Source of the DNA: Eledone cirrhosa
Taxonomy: Eukaryota
Direction: 5' to 3'
Assembly: GCA_964016885.1 (NCBI GenBank)
Contig: OZ024741.1
Coordinates: 145,452,001 to 145,516,000, forward strand
DNA: 64,000 bases
Part shown: piece by piece, positions 24,794 through 36,724 of the stretch
Numbering within the stretch: position 1 is the stretch's first letter
Layout: each line of letters starts with the position of its first letter
Program-made: the position numbers and the translations under genes
Notes under the pieces: generated by a model
What the model saw: only the letters and a program-made list of their open reading frames with translations
Told to the model about the DNA's origin: nothing
Databases searched by the model: none

Positions 24794-26050
24794 TATTATG
24801 CTTACTTTCCAATAAGCATGAAACTAATAAGGCTTTGTGTTATATATACATCATTTTTTAAAGTTTCTCCTTAAAAAATTTTTTCCGTTTTGTTTTGTTT
24901 TTGTTTGTTGTCTTGTCCTTCTTTGATAATTTTCTTAAGTTTATATATATACATGCTCATATACATGCATATATAAAAATATATAAAATGTTTGAATAAA
25001 GCTGGCTCGATACATCTGCAGCTGAAATATAAATTATGCAACAAGACACATACAGTACAGTCAAACAACGAAACATCATAATAATCATAATAATAATAAT
25101 GCTGATAATATTAACAATAATAATGATAATGATTATAACATAAAGGGGAGAGAAAAAATATAAAATCAATAAAAAAAATCCAGGAAATAAAAGGTGAAAA
25201 TTGTAGATATTATTCTTCCAGATATAATATATTCATTTGGAGAGAATAAACATGAAAAAAAATGAAAATTAGACAGAACACTGATAAGGATAGTAAGTAC
25301 ATCAACAACAATAACAAACAACAACAACAACAATAACCAGTAACGAAATCTGAATGCACTGATGTCGTGTTGGAAGCAGAACTTGTAGAGATATCTTTTA
25401 TGAATTGTAAATATTCACACACATAAAAAAAAAAAAAAATAATGGGAAAATATCGAAAAAGCCCCCAAAACATAGAGGAAGAAGCGGAAGATAACACCCA
25501 AACAAGAAATGTTATTCAATGATGGGTTTATGTGAGATTAAGATGAAATAGCTATTGAAGGAATTTATCAGAGATATTTAGAATAAATATCCATTACTGT
25601 ACATCTTCGTTCTAATGATACATAGATATGTGTTTTATAGACAACAAAACGAGGTGATATCAACACAATCAGTACTGTCATCATCATCATCATTGTTGTC
25701 ATCATTATCATCATTGTCGACATCAACATTATTATGATATGGTGTTAAATAGAGAAAATATCAGATGAAGATAATACAACACAAATAGAGCCTAGAAAAA
25801 AATATACATATACAGACCCATTCAAATAAACACACACACATATATAGAGAGAGTAAAGATGCAACTGACCCCATTAGAGAATGTGCAGCAATCTATTGGA
25901 AGGCTATGCATTTCACTTCAAAGATGGACCTATCTTCAAAATTCGAAATAACTTCTCATGCAAATTGGAAAACTTCATTTATGTCATAACTTGCTAAGGT
26001 TGCCACAAACATTATGTAGGACAGACAGGGCTGACACTCCAACAAATAAT

Positions 26051-26218
26051 TGTTTCTACTTTAGGCACAAGGCCAGCAATTACCCATTGCATTACTGGTA
26101 CTTTATTTTATCGACCCTGTAAGGATGAAAGGCAAAGTCAACCTCGGTGGGATTTGAACTCAGATCGTAAAGGGACGTAACTATGCTGGAAAGCATGGCG
26201 TCCGACCCTCTACCGATA
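26051..26218 (-). mobile_element. tRNA-derived SINE with 20-bp TSD
   Basis: ctgacactccaacaaataat at 26031-26050 and 26219-26238; B box GAGTTCAAATCC. Confidence 0.85.
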
Positions 26219-27327
26219 CTGACACTCCAACAAATAATGACATCCCATAGGCAACAAAATCAGAACCCAGTTTACTAGCAAAATCATTCTAAGCAAACAT
26301 ATAGAAGATGCAGAGACAAAACACTTCGAAACTTCCATGTTTTCCCATTGTACCAATGTAGTTATGAAATCACAGAAGCTTGAATTAATAAAGAGAAAAT
26401 CTTTATCAGAAAATTCAAACCTAGATTGTACACACTTGCTACATAATTTTTCAGCACTAAAAGAAGTTAGATTTATGCCCCTTGTCACAGATAAAAAAAT
26501 TTCTATACCCAAGTGACAACGAAAAGATCAGTTGTATCCCTTACTTTAGCAAGGACAGAAGTGAGCCAAACCACTGAGTAGCTCACAAAAGAGCTTTGTC
26601 AATAAAAAACCATCCAGTTACTAAATTAACCAACTGGAAATGTATAATAAATTGAAGTGAAAACCAACAGGTGCATGTGTTTGTATTGGCAGCATGACCC
26701 TCCCAAAGTATAACAGTATAAATATATATCGCTGAAGCTCACGGAGGAGATGATGAAGGATCGTGACAAGTGGAGAGATGCTGTGCTGAATAGGACCCAT
26801 CCCACCATTGCAAGCAGGGACAAGCGGATGTAAAATGATGATGATGATGATGTTGATTAATTGATTAATTTAATTTGACAATTCCATTGATTGGTTAATT
26901 ATTTAAGTTTGTTTAATAACGGTCTGGTTGAGTGCTTAATTCAGTTTGTGTATGGAATTTTTTCCATTGCTCATAATTTGAATTTGACCGCCATAAACCG
27001 GGGTTACCTACCTTTGGAGTAACATGTGCTATCACACCCGGATTTGGGTTAAAACGAAAGCCTGTTGAGAACGTAAGTCCTCTGTTCGATCTTCCAGAAA
27101 CCTAACTTGTATACACCACAAACGGATTTTGTTGATTTCAGATTTACAGAAACCTCACTTAGATATTCAATAATTTCGAATGTGATGGTCCAGGTTTGTT
27201 ATATATACAGATATGTAAGTTAGATCGCAGATATAAAAGACAGCGAGAAGCGAAAACCAACCAAACAGTGAGTGTGTTCTGTTATTAATTCTGGCAATAT
27301 TACACAAATATGACCCTCCCCAAGTAT

Positions 27328-27378
<51 letters not shown>

Positions 27379-28004
27379 TATATATATATGTATTTATGTG
27401 TATGTATTTTTTTCTCACTAGTCAGTTCTTTCATAGCTACCTTCAATTTGCAAAGCCCTTTAAACTGTATGTTATTACTCTGAGGTCTATACCTCGTCGA
27501 GTGCTTGGCTGCACTGCCGAAGGCATTCGTTAGCTTAGCTGCTGCTCGAACTTAGAATATGCTGTACTTTCATTTGTATACATACATATATATATAAAAG
27601 AAAAAGAATAGTAGATAGACACGGCCCTTATATCCACTTTCCTAAACTTATTAGCCCACCCCTCAAATTGTGCTCTTCCCATCCACATACTTCAGCCCCC
27701 CACCCCCACTATCCAATCCCCAATTCCTTACCTTGCACAACTCATATCAGCACGAAAGAAATATGTGCTTCCCACTCCCACCCACATACCTCTTTTACTT
27801 TCTTATCCGAACCTTGCCAGCATTGAAAGCCAATTTTATGCTAAACACAACTCACTCTCTTAAAGGCTACTCACATGACTGTATGATCCCTGCCATTCTT
27901 CTAAACGCCTTGCCAGTGATGGTGCTATGATAAAATTGCACCCAACTCATACCGAAAGGTGCTAGTGCTGGTATAACAAAGAAAAACACGCAGTCAACAC
28001 TGTA

Positions 28005-28403
28005 AATATAGAGGCATCAAGTTTACTGGCCAGGTCGTAAAAGTTGCTAAAAGAGATATAGCACAACTAATCAGGGACAGAATAAAGTTAGATGAGATGC
28101 AGTTCGGATTTATGCCAGGTAGGCATACAACTGATGCTCTCCTTTTTGTGAGACAACTACAGGAGGGGTATTTAGCTAAGAGTAAGCAACTGTACCTAAC
28201 ATTTGTAGATCTAAACTAAGTATTTGACAGGATCACACACTCTATAATCTGGTGGTCACTTAGTAAACTAGGTGTAGATGAATTGCTTGTGAGAGCTGTG
28301 CTGGCCATGTATAGAGAAGCAGCCAGCAGAGTGAGAGTTGGAAATGAGTAAAATGATGAATTTGAAGTGCAGGTGGGAGTTCACCAAGAATCAGTCCACT
28401 CCT
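28005..28403 (+). mobile_element. RTE RT internal fragment
   Basis: YRGIK...DEMQFGFMPGRHTTDA...FVDLN*VFDR...VGVHQ; homologous to 840-1220 (-). Confidence 0.85.
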
Positions 28404-28650
28404 GTATATATGTATATATATTTAACTGGTGGTATCACTAAGACAACATTTAAGAATAATAGAAGTGTATATGAAAACATATATATGTTTACATACAACA
28501 TATGGGTAACCTTGTTGCCAAAGAAAAATATTTTTTAACAACGAAACAAGATGTACATACATATTTGAATATATGTATATATATACATACATGTTTGAAT
28601 ATATATATACATACATGTTTGAATATATATATAAATATATATATATATAT

Positions 28651-30422
28651 AGAAGTGGTTACACAACAGTTAGTTCACCATACCGAGAACAATTATTTCA
28701 CCTTAGCGGATCCTCAGCTCGTAATGGATATGGTTATACGGAACAGGAAGGACAACCGTACGAACGCGCATGCGTAGAAACGATCACTTCGCACAGGCAA
28801 TACTAAAATGCGTGCGAGAGGTGTAAGGGAGATAACTGCGAAAGTCCGAAAAGTTTCTAGTTGATAAGAAAGTTAGGATGTTGTTGTAATTCAATCCGGA
28901 GATTTGTAGTTACGTAAGAGGTGTTTCGAGACGTGTGGACAACGTGTGAAGAATTCATTTCTCGTGTTTAGGCAATCGCTATTGCATAATCTCTTTAGAA
29001 TATTTATTCGTTCATCAATACGTAGTCCACACGACGGATTTCCTCATGCGTATGGCTTGGACTTAGTGATGGCTTTACATTGAATGGAGTAGTCTATACT
29101 TGAGTCCTTGAGGGACCATACGTGGCTTGCGAGTTTCGTGGATAAATGTCTGTCCGAGTACCTAAAGGTCGACTGGTGGTTCAGGAAGCGTTCCTTAAAT
29201 CGACCCTCCTCCATACCCACATAGGATTTGACCTTCTGTGGTTGATTTGGTCAGTTGGAAGTGACCACAGCTTCATAAACTACAGCGGGTGTGTTGCATT
29301 GCTGTTGAAGGGGACAAGCTTCGGGCTTACGGCAAGAGCATCATGGTGGGGTGTTGCTCTTAGGGCTGTTGGTTATGTGGGCCTTCATGTTCTTAGCGCA
29401 GGAGTATCTTAGTTTTACTTTGTGTCGGTTAAAGATGGAGCGGTATTTATGACCAATGGGAAAGTGTCTATCTAAGAGGGCTAGAAATTGTTTGCCTTCA
29501 TTGGTTTTAACGTTGAGTGAGAAGGGAGGAGAGAACCAGATAGTTTGTCTCTTGTAACGCTTTCTTTTCTTATTGCTGTTGTTGATAGTGGGAGAGTAAG
29601 TGATAGGTTGCGAGAAGCCGCTGTTAGCTAACGCCGTGTTATAGTAGGGTGCCGCCCTGTCAAAGATAGCTTTATTAGAGGAGAGGTTTGTGATTCTAGT
29701 ACTGATATTATTTACGAAGTTTCTAAAAGCAGTGGGAGGGTGGCATGAGTCCTTGTGAATGTAATTGAGATATGGGACTAGTCAGTAAGGCCATACTTAG
29801 AAACATAGTTAAGACCATTAGGACCAAGTCCGCCCTGTCCCACCGAGAGAACAGCGACTCCGTAATTAAGTGGTTTAACTCCTTAAAATCGAAAAAAGCG
29901 AAGTTCACACAGTTTGACATTTTTACCCGTCGATCTCAGAGACCCTGTTAAACAAAGCGTTGGACTTCGCTACCACTTACACTACCGTCGATGGTTTAGA
30001 CAGGGAAATCATCGCTCACTGCCGGAAAACCCTCCTCTTCAACGACGGAGTAGCCTGGGCAAAGAAGTCAACAACTTCAGACCTATTCGACGTCTCCATG
30101 GGATCGTTTGACAGTGCTGACGTATGCGACTTGGTTGGCCTATTTATTTTAGACATATTACGTGTTAGATTCCCGGACTTCCACACGGGAATATACCGCG
30201 ACGATGGACTGAACTTATCGAGCCATAAAAGTGGTCACGACCTCGACCGGTTTAAAAAAGACTTAGCTTCTACCTTCAATGAGTTAGGACTTAGGATAAC
30301 AGTAGCTACCAACCTCTCTAGCGTAGATTTCTTAGACATTAATTTAGACCTTCGCACACATACCTACAGACCGTTCATAAGCTAAACGAAAAACTCAATT
30401 ACATTCAGAAGGACTCATGCCA
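28651..30422 (-). mobile_element. Penelope-like element with inverted 5' RT segment
   Basis: Minus 28651-29769 carries the thumb, IWFSPPFS, a GIY-YIG region and the 3'UTR. Plus 29770-30422 carries the RT core (FDVSMGSFDSADVCDLVG, IYRDDGL, VDFLDI). A 29-nt sequence is duplicated at the breakpoints. Confidence 0.88.
28684..28721 (-). ncRNA. Minimal hammerhead ribozyme at PLE 3' end
   Basis: cgag-CTGAGGA-tcc gctaa ggt-GAAA-taattg-TT-ctcg; near-palindromic stem III ((c)aattg). Confidence 0.6.
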
Positions 30423-30584
30423 TGAAAAAATGGTAAAATAAATAATTTACCATATCTCATTGACATAAAACTTTGTTGTGAAATTTTATAAAATCACGTC
30501 TGAATTATATATTATGAAATGGCAGTAAAATTGAATATTTATATTATGGAGTTGATATTGTCTTTGATGAAACTGTACTTCATG

Positions 30585-30647
<63 letters not shown>

Positions 30648-30650
<3 letters not shown>

Positions 30651-31509
30651 TCATCATCATCATTTTACGTCCGCTTTTCTTTGCTTGCAAGGGTGGGATG
30701 GGTCCTATACAGCACATCACCTCTCCACTTGTCACCGTCCTTCGTCATCTCCACCCTGAGCTTCAGCGATCTGAGGTCTGTTCCCACCACCTCCACCCAT
30801 GCTTTTCGTGTTCTTCCTTCAACTGGAATTTCTTGGCACTTCTTCACCCATCGGTCATCCTCCATGTGCATCACATGTCCATACCACCGCAGTCTCCTCT
30901 CCCGCACACAAGAATTTATCCCTCTCAGACACAGTTTCTCTCTCAACACATCCATGCTCGGCTGTTCACGCACATTGACATTGCACATCCAACGGAGCAT
31001 GCTTGCCTCATTTCTCTCCAGCCGTCACATATCCTCTGCAGTTGCTGCCCATGTCTCACTACCATGCAGCATCGCGCATCTCACACAGGCATCATATAAC
31101 CGGCCTTTCGTACACAGGGAGAAACCCTTCTTCGTCAGCAGATGATGTAGCTCAATCAACTTCTTCCAAACCATCCTTATTCTAGATATTATGGTCTCAG
31201 AACACCCCCCTTCCATGCTAATCTCATCACCTAGGTACCGGAAGTTATCAACCAATTCTATAGCACCCACCCGCATTTGAAAAATGTGTCTATCAATGCG
31301 ACTTCTACTGTCAAATTTCCCTGTACATCTACTGCATACGTATTTCTCCCTACCTGTTAGTTTGCCTGCTATCCCACTACATGTCTTGTGTACCCAAGAT
31401 CTGCATTACATACATGTTATAGAATTTATGTCAGTACCTTTTCTGCATATCGAACATGGCCATTTCCCTGACGGAATCAGGGTTTTGTCCTCTTTTCTAC
31501 TCATCAACA

Positions 31510-31512
<3 letters not shown>
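30648..31512 (-). mobile_element. RTE LINE 3' fragment (sister subfamily, with PHD finger), flanked by (TA)n on both sides
   Basis: GKWPCSICRKG, FRYLG, MLHGSETW, RRLRWYGHV; (TGA)n tail. Confidence 0.9.
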
Positions 31513-31573
<61 letters not shown>

Positions 31574-32156
31574 GTCAGTCTCTCTCTCTGTTAGCCTCTT
31601 CCTCACCTTTCACTCACTCACTCTCTGTCACTACCTCTCCTCCTCCCCTTTCTTCCCGTTTGACCTGTCCGTAATCCTTTTCTCGCGGGCACTTGACCAA
31701 GCCGGTATGAATTTTTTTCTCTCTCTCTCGTCTGCGACTTCACAGAACATATGTTTACCGAATTCGCAGACCAGACCCCTTCTTCCTCCCGTTAGACCTG
31801 TGCGAAATTCCTTCCTTGCTCACATTTCAACCAGGTTTGATGGTCTTTATTCTCTCGTTCTCGATTCCACCGAATTTATATTCATAGAAATCTGGGACTT
31901 GTTTCCTTCTTCATCACTTTCTGCTGCTTAAACCATTTTGTTTGTTTACCCTAGCGTCCCCTTTATTTACGTGTCCCAACGACTTTTTTTTAGCCATTGC
32001 TCGCACCAACCTGAGGTATATGGCCTTTAATGCGACGAAATGCCTACGACGGTTGAATGGCCACTGATGAGGACAAACTTTTTCATATGTAACCCATTTG
32101 CAGCGCCGCAGCTGCATTATTATCATATTTACATATATATAGTTTTAATATAGATG

Positions 32157-32207
32157 AGATTCTACAGGACTAGAACTGTTTCATTCATTAGAAATCATCA
32201 GGAATCT
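32157..32207 (-). ncRNA. Type I hammerhead ribozyme (minus-strand copy)
   Basis: Reverse complement of 32222-32272. Confidence 0.72.
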
Positions 32208-32221
32208 GAAATCAGAAATCT

Positions 32222-32272
32222 AGATTCCTGATGATTTCTAATGAATGAAACAGTTCTAGTCCTGTAGAATCT
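32222..32272 (+). ncRNA. Type I hammerhead ribozyme
   Basis: agattc-CTGATGA-tttc taat gaat-GAAA-cag ttctagtc ctg-TA-gaatct. Full core, 6-bp stem I, stems II and III, GUA cleavage triplet. Confidence 0.75.
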
Positions 32273-32354
32273 CATCTATATTAAAACTGTTATACTCTGC
32301 TATGTATTGAGTACCTTACTTACTGTGGTTACCTCCGATTCAACCCGGAATAAC

Positions 32355-32390
<36 letters not shown>

Positions 32391-32393
<3 letters not shown>

Positions 32394-33410
32394 GCCTGTC
32401 GTCCAACCAGCAAACCTTCAAAGAACATGCCGAATATTATGATGGTGCACTTAGGAAGGCTGGACACCTATATAATATAGAGTATATAGTCGACGATCAC
32501 CAAAACACCCAAAATAAATCTCATAGAGGTAGAAATAGAATAGAATCACCACCATACATACACTACCGCAATTGACACACTAAGAGTCGCACACCACCAA
32601 ACGGAAGGCGATGTAAAGAGTATATATGGTACAACCCCGTCTATAACAACTCTATTAAAACCAATCTACCCTCACAACTCTTTCGATTAGTTAAAAAAAA
32701 TTTTCCAACATCACATAAATATAATAAAATCTTAAACCCTAACACTATTCGACTTTCATATTCAACCGCCCCTAATATTGAACAACATATAAAAAAGCTT
32801 AACGCAAAACGGTTGTATAAACGCCTTCCAACACATAACAATACACATAAAACATCGGCTATAACATCACAAAACAACAAACAACATCCCGTTCTGCCTA
32901 AGCAACCTCATCAACTCATCCATGGTAATACAACAACGCATAATTATAACTGTAACTGTGTCCAACCAGGAATGTGTCCGTTGAACAATCAGTGTCTTGA
33001 ACGCAACATCATATACAAATGTACTATCGAATCGGGTAGCCAGAAGTGGTACTATGTGGGGTCTACAGCTACCTCCTTCAAATCTCGCCTTTATAGACAT
33101 CGTTACTCGATAAAACATGAAAACCAGCGTTATGTAACAACACTCGCAGACAAGGCTTGGCAGCTGCGCGAAAATAACCAATAATTTAACCTAAAATGGG
33201 ATATAATAGTAACTGCCCCTTCATATATCCAAGGACAGGAATTTTGTAAATTGTGTAATATGGAAATATTTTGTATTGTGAAATCCAAAAATATTTTATT
33301 AAATAACAGAATAGAGCGATCGTTATACTGTAACCATCGCTTGAAATCTACATTTTCATATTACAAACGCTGCCAGGATTGAACGCCTGTCTCCATCTCC
33401 GTTTGATTGT
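32391..33410 (+). mobile_element. Penelope-like element 3' portion (thumb, GIY-YIG)
   Basis: IWYNP, IRLSYSTAPN, CNCVQPGMCPLNNQCLERNIIYKC, YYVGSTATSFKSRL, CKLCNME, LLNNR; in-frame stop at 33182. Confidence 0.88.
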
Positions 33411-34270
33411 CTGGGTATGTTATTATTGTTGTTGTTGTTGGTGTGTGTGTTGTTGTTATTGTTGTTTGTGTCTGTGTGTCTGTTGTTGTTGGGATGTGTG
33501 TTGTATATGTGTGTGCGTATATTGTTGCTTTTGTTTTTGTTTTTGTTTTTGAGGCTCCAGCGTTGTTTTCTAAATGATTTTTCTATTTCTGACAGACAAC
33601 TAATCATATTTACCTTCTTGAATGTCGCATACTTAGGTGGAAGTTGTAATACAGATAATTCATCGTCATCTATTACTGTGTTGCCGTATATATTTGTGTT
33701 GTTGTTGTTGAACTCATCTGTTAATGAGGTGTCGGCCATATTTATACCGTCAATTTTGTCGGGATATCTATTGGTATTCTCTATAGTATCCTGATTTAGC
33801 TTTATCTGCTTAAGCCACTTTAGTTTCTTGTTAAAGTGCTTATCACATTCTTGAGTAATGTACTGTTCTTCAGGACGTATAAGGCTTATAAATATTAGTT
33901 TCTCTCTTGGTGTGGTGATCCTAGCTATTTCTTGTATTAGGTTACGCTTATGTTTTTCTTGATGACTTAATTCTCTATAGATCTTTTTTATGTTTAGAAT
34001 TAGTGTTCGCTTTAGCCTATCTGCTTGTTTTTTGGTGAGTTGTAATCTTCTTACGTCGGTGTTGGTGTAAACTCGGGACGAGGCACATTCTTTTATGAAG
34101 TGTAGTTGTCGAGATGTTATGGTTTTTCGTAGACAACAGAACATGGTGGTTTTCAGTATCTTGTTAGCCTGGCTAAGGATTACGATATTTCGTTTCTGAA
34201 TTTGTTTAGCAAGATTCTTTATCTGAAATCGTGTGTTGAAACCGATATTGTTATACTTTGGGAGGGTCAT
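33411..34270 (-). CDS. PLE polyprotein N-terminal region (3'-truncated)
   Basis: Open frame from MTLPKYNN; basic/helical, with VLQLPPKY...EIEK..RKQRW resembling the PLE pre-RT region; lies directly downstream of the pLTR. Confidence 0.65.
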
Positions 34271-34382
34271 GTTGCCAATAAGAAACACACGCACCAGTTG
34301 CTTTCACTTCAATTTATTATAATAAATTTATAAATTTCTGGTTGGTTGGTTGGTTCCACAACCAGATAGTTGTTTATATATT

Positions 34383-34425
34383 GTCAAAGTTCTTTCGTCA
34401 CACATTCTGTGACCTCATCAGTGAC
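34383..34425 (-). ncRNA. Minimal hammerhead ribozyme in pLTR
   Basis: gtca-CTGATGA-g-gtcaca gaatg tgtgac-GAAA-gaac-TT-tgac. Confidence 0.72.
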
Positions 34426-34782
34426 TGGGGATTCTTTTCTTTGTTTTTGTGCCTCTCCTTTGTTCTGTTCTACGCCATTTTGTTTCTGTGTGTGTGTTGT
34501 GTGCTCAGTCTGCGCATGCGCCACATCCGGGTGTCTGTGTGTGTTTATGTTTGTTTATTTATTTGTTTATTTACATGTTACCGGTTGGTTGTTTGTTCTA
34601 TGTGTGTGTGTGTTTTCATTTTGTCCTTAATTGTAAGTTGTGATGTTGCTGTTCAACTCATATTTTCTATTTAATTTTGGTTGTAATTCTTTTATGCTTA
34701 TTGCCTCTGTGATTTGTCTAAACATTGCATCTTTTCTGTGTGTAGATTCTATTTTTATTTCTATGTTCTCTAATTTACCCTT

Positions 34783-35835
34783 ATGAATCTACACATAGCT
34801 AACTCCATCCACCAGAGCATTAGAGTTACTATAGACTACCCAAGTAAACACCCCAACCATCGATTACCTGTACTAGACACAGAGCTCTGGTTAGATACCA
34901 TTAATAACAAAAAACAAATCCTCCATTCCCATTATGCCAAACCCATGACTTCCAAACATCTGATCCACCGAAACTCGGCCGTTTCGGACCATACCAAAAT
35001 CAACATACTGATTGCGGATTTGGTACGGGTGATGAGAAACGTGTCCCGCATGTGCAACCCCGAAGAACTAGAGAGACACATACAACACTTCATCCACCGT
35101 ATGCAGTTCTCTGGCTACAATCAGAGAGATAAAATCAGAGTGTATAGAGGAGCCAGAACCAAATGGGAAAAAATGGTAAATAATGACATAAATGGGACCT
35201 GCCCCTTGTATAGGAGCAAATTTTGGAATAGAATAGAAAGAACTAGGAACAAGGCTAACAGAATAAACTCATGGTATGATAGCAATAAATACCAGAGTGT
35301 AATGTTCATCGATACAACCCCTAGAGGTGAATTAGCTTACAAATTTAGAAGGGCCCTAAATAAACATAAACTCAATATTAAGATAGTAGAAAGACCAGGT
35401 ACCTCCGTAAAAACACTTATTAGCAAGACATACCCTTTTCAAAGACCCTCATGTATACATAAGAAATGTATAACCTGTAAAATAAGCCCGCATATTAACT
35501 GTAAAACTAGAAATGTAGTGTATAGCATAAGATGTACTGAAGGACAATGTAGAGACAAAAATATAGTGTACATAGGTGAGACAGCTCGTAGTGTAGGGGA
35601 ACGGATAAACGAACACTGGCGAGACCTTCAAGATAGTAAAGAATCATCTGTACTCTACCAACATGCTAAAATAGAACACAAGGGTAAATTAGAGAACATA
35701 GAAACACAAATAGAATCTACACACAGAAAAGACGCAATGTTTAGACAAATCACAGAGGCAATAAACATAAAAGAATTACAACCAAAATTAAATAGAAAAT
35801 ATGAGTGGAACAGCAACATCACAACTTACAATTAA
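34783..35835 (+). CDS. PLE RT C-terminus/thumb plus GIY-YIG endonuclease (5'-truncated, open frame)
   Basis: LPVLDTELW, YAKPM, Cys linker, NVVYSIRC, YIGETARSVGERINEH, RQITEA, LNRKYEW. Confidence 0.9.
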   Translation: MNLHIANSIHQSIRVTIDYPSKHPNHRLPVLDTELWLDTINNKKQILHSHYAKPMTSKHLIHRNSAVSDHTKINILIADLVRVMRNVSRMCNPEELERHIQHFIHRMQFSGYNQRDKIRVYRGARTKWEKMVNNDINGTCPLYRSKFWNRIERTRNKANRINSWYDSNKYQSVMFIDTTPRGELAYKFRRALNKHKLNIKIVERPGTSVKTLISKTYPFQRPSCIHKKCITCKISPHINCKTRNVVYSIRCTEGQCRDKNIVYIGETARSVGERINEHWRDLQDSKESSVLYQHAKIEHKGKLENIETQIESTHRKDAMFRQITEAINIKELQPKLNRKYEWNSNITTYN

Positions 35836-36036
35836 GGACAAAATGAAAACACACACACACATAGAACAAACAACCAACCAGTAACATGTAAATAAACAAA
35901 TAAATAAATGAACATAAACACACACAGACACCCGGATGTGGCGCATGCGCAGACTGAGCACACAACACACACACAGAAACAAAATGGCGTAGGACAGAAC
36001 AAAGGAGAGGCACAGAAACAAAGAAAGGAATCCCCA

Positions 36037-36079
36037 GTCACTGAAGAGGTCACAGAGTGTGTGACGAAAGAACTATGAC
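36037..36079 (+). ncRNA. Minimal hammerhead ribozyme in pLTR
   Basis: gtca-CTGAAGA-g-gtcaca gagtg tgtgac-GAAA-gaac-TA-tgac. Confidence 0.72.
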
Positions 36080-36724
36080 AATATATAAACAACTATCTGA
36101 TCTCTTCCTCTGCCCCCACTGTCCCCGGATCTGCAGGTCAAGGATCGGCTTGCACAACCACCTTTGCGCCCACGGCAGATGGGAACAACAATGAAGAAAA
36201 TGTCATCATCATTTACGATGGACAACCAAGAAGATTATTATTAGAATTCTATAAGAATCCAGCTTCTATAATTTTTGGCGGATGCAGGGGAGTGTGTGGT
36301 TCTGATGAACACCAACCAGTATGAAACAGAGTGTTAGCTTCTCTCCCTTCTTTCGCAAAAAAGAAGTAAGTGACATAGTCACTACTTTAAAACAAATAGT
36401 GTATGGTCTTCTAAATGTTTTTAATTAAACATACGGTATATTGCCAAATATACTATACATATATATATATATATATAGATAGAGATTATATAGAAATGAC
36501 TTCTACAGGATTACAAATATATACATATATCCAATCTAATCCAGAGCCTTCTCACTCATGTTGCAGGTACTCCTCTCTGGTTGACCTCCACTGCTTTTGA
36601 TTTTGGTCATGTTTTCAGGGATGTATCCGTACTCATCATGCTTGGCTAATTGTGAGTTGGTGAGGCTATGTAACCCATAGTTGGGGTGATGGCTGTTGAC
36701 TTTGAGGAGTTCATCTACCCCTTT

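Larger units (their letters stand above)
32141..32288. repeat. Perfect inverted repeat, 67-bp arms, 14-bp spacer
   Basis: 32141-32207 is the reverse complement of 32222-32288. Confidence 0.95.
33411..36099. mobile_element. Young Penelope-like element in divergent (inverted pLTR) arrangement
   Basis: About 423-bp inverted repeat (34363-34785 vs 35677-36099); N-terminal ORF on the minus strand, RT-thumb/GIY-YIG ORF on the plus strand. Confidence 0.9.

Noticed and set aside
25210-25497. Hydrophobic 95-aa ORF
   Set aside because: Composition is driven by (TTG)n and poly-T; non-ATG start; no motif.
32064-32100. CTGATGAGG possible hammerhead
   Set aside because: No stem II/GAAA downstream.
36297-36340. 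Hammerhead-like CTGATGA...GAAAC
   Set aside because: Stems are poor; the sequence is better explained as PLE RT coding (ADAGECVVLMNTNQY, resembling the ADKG..VV motif).
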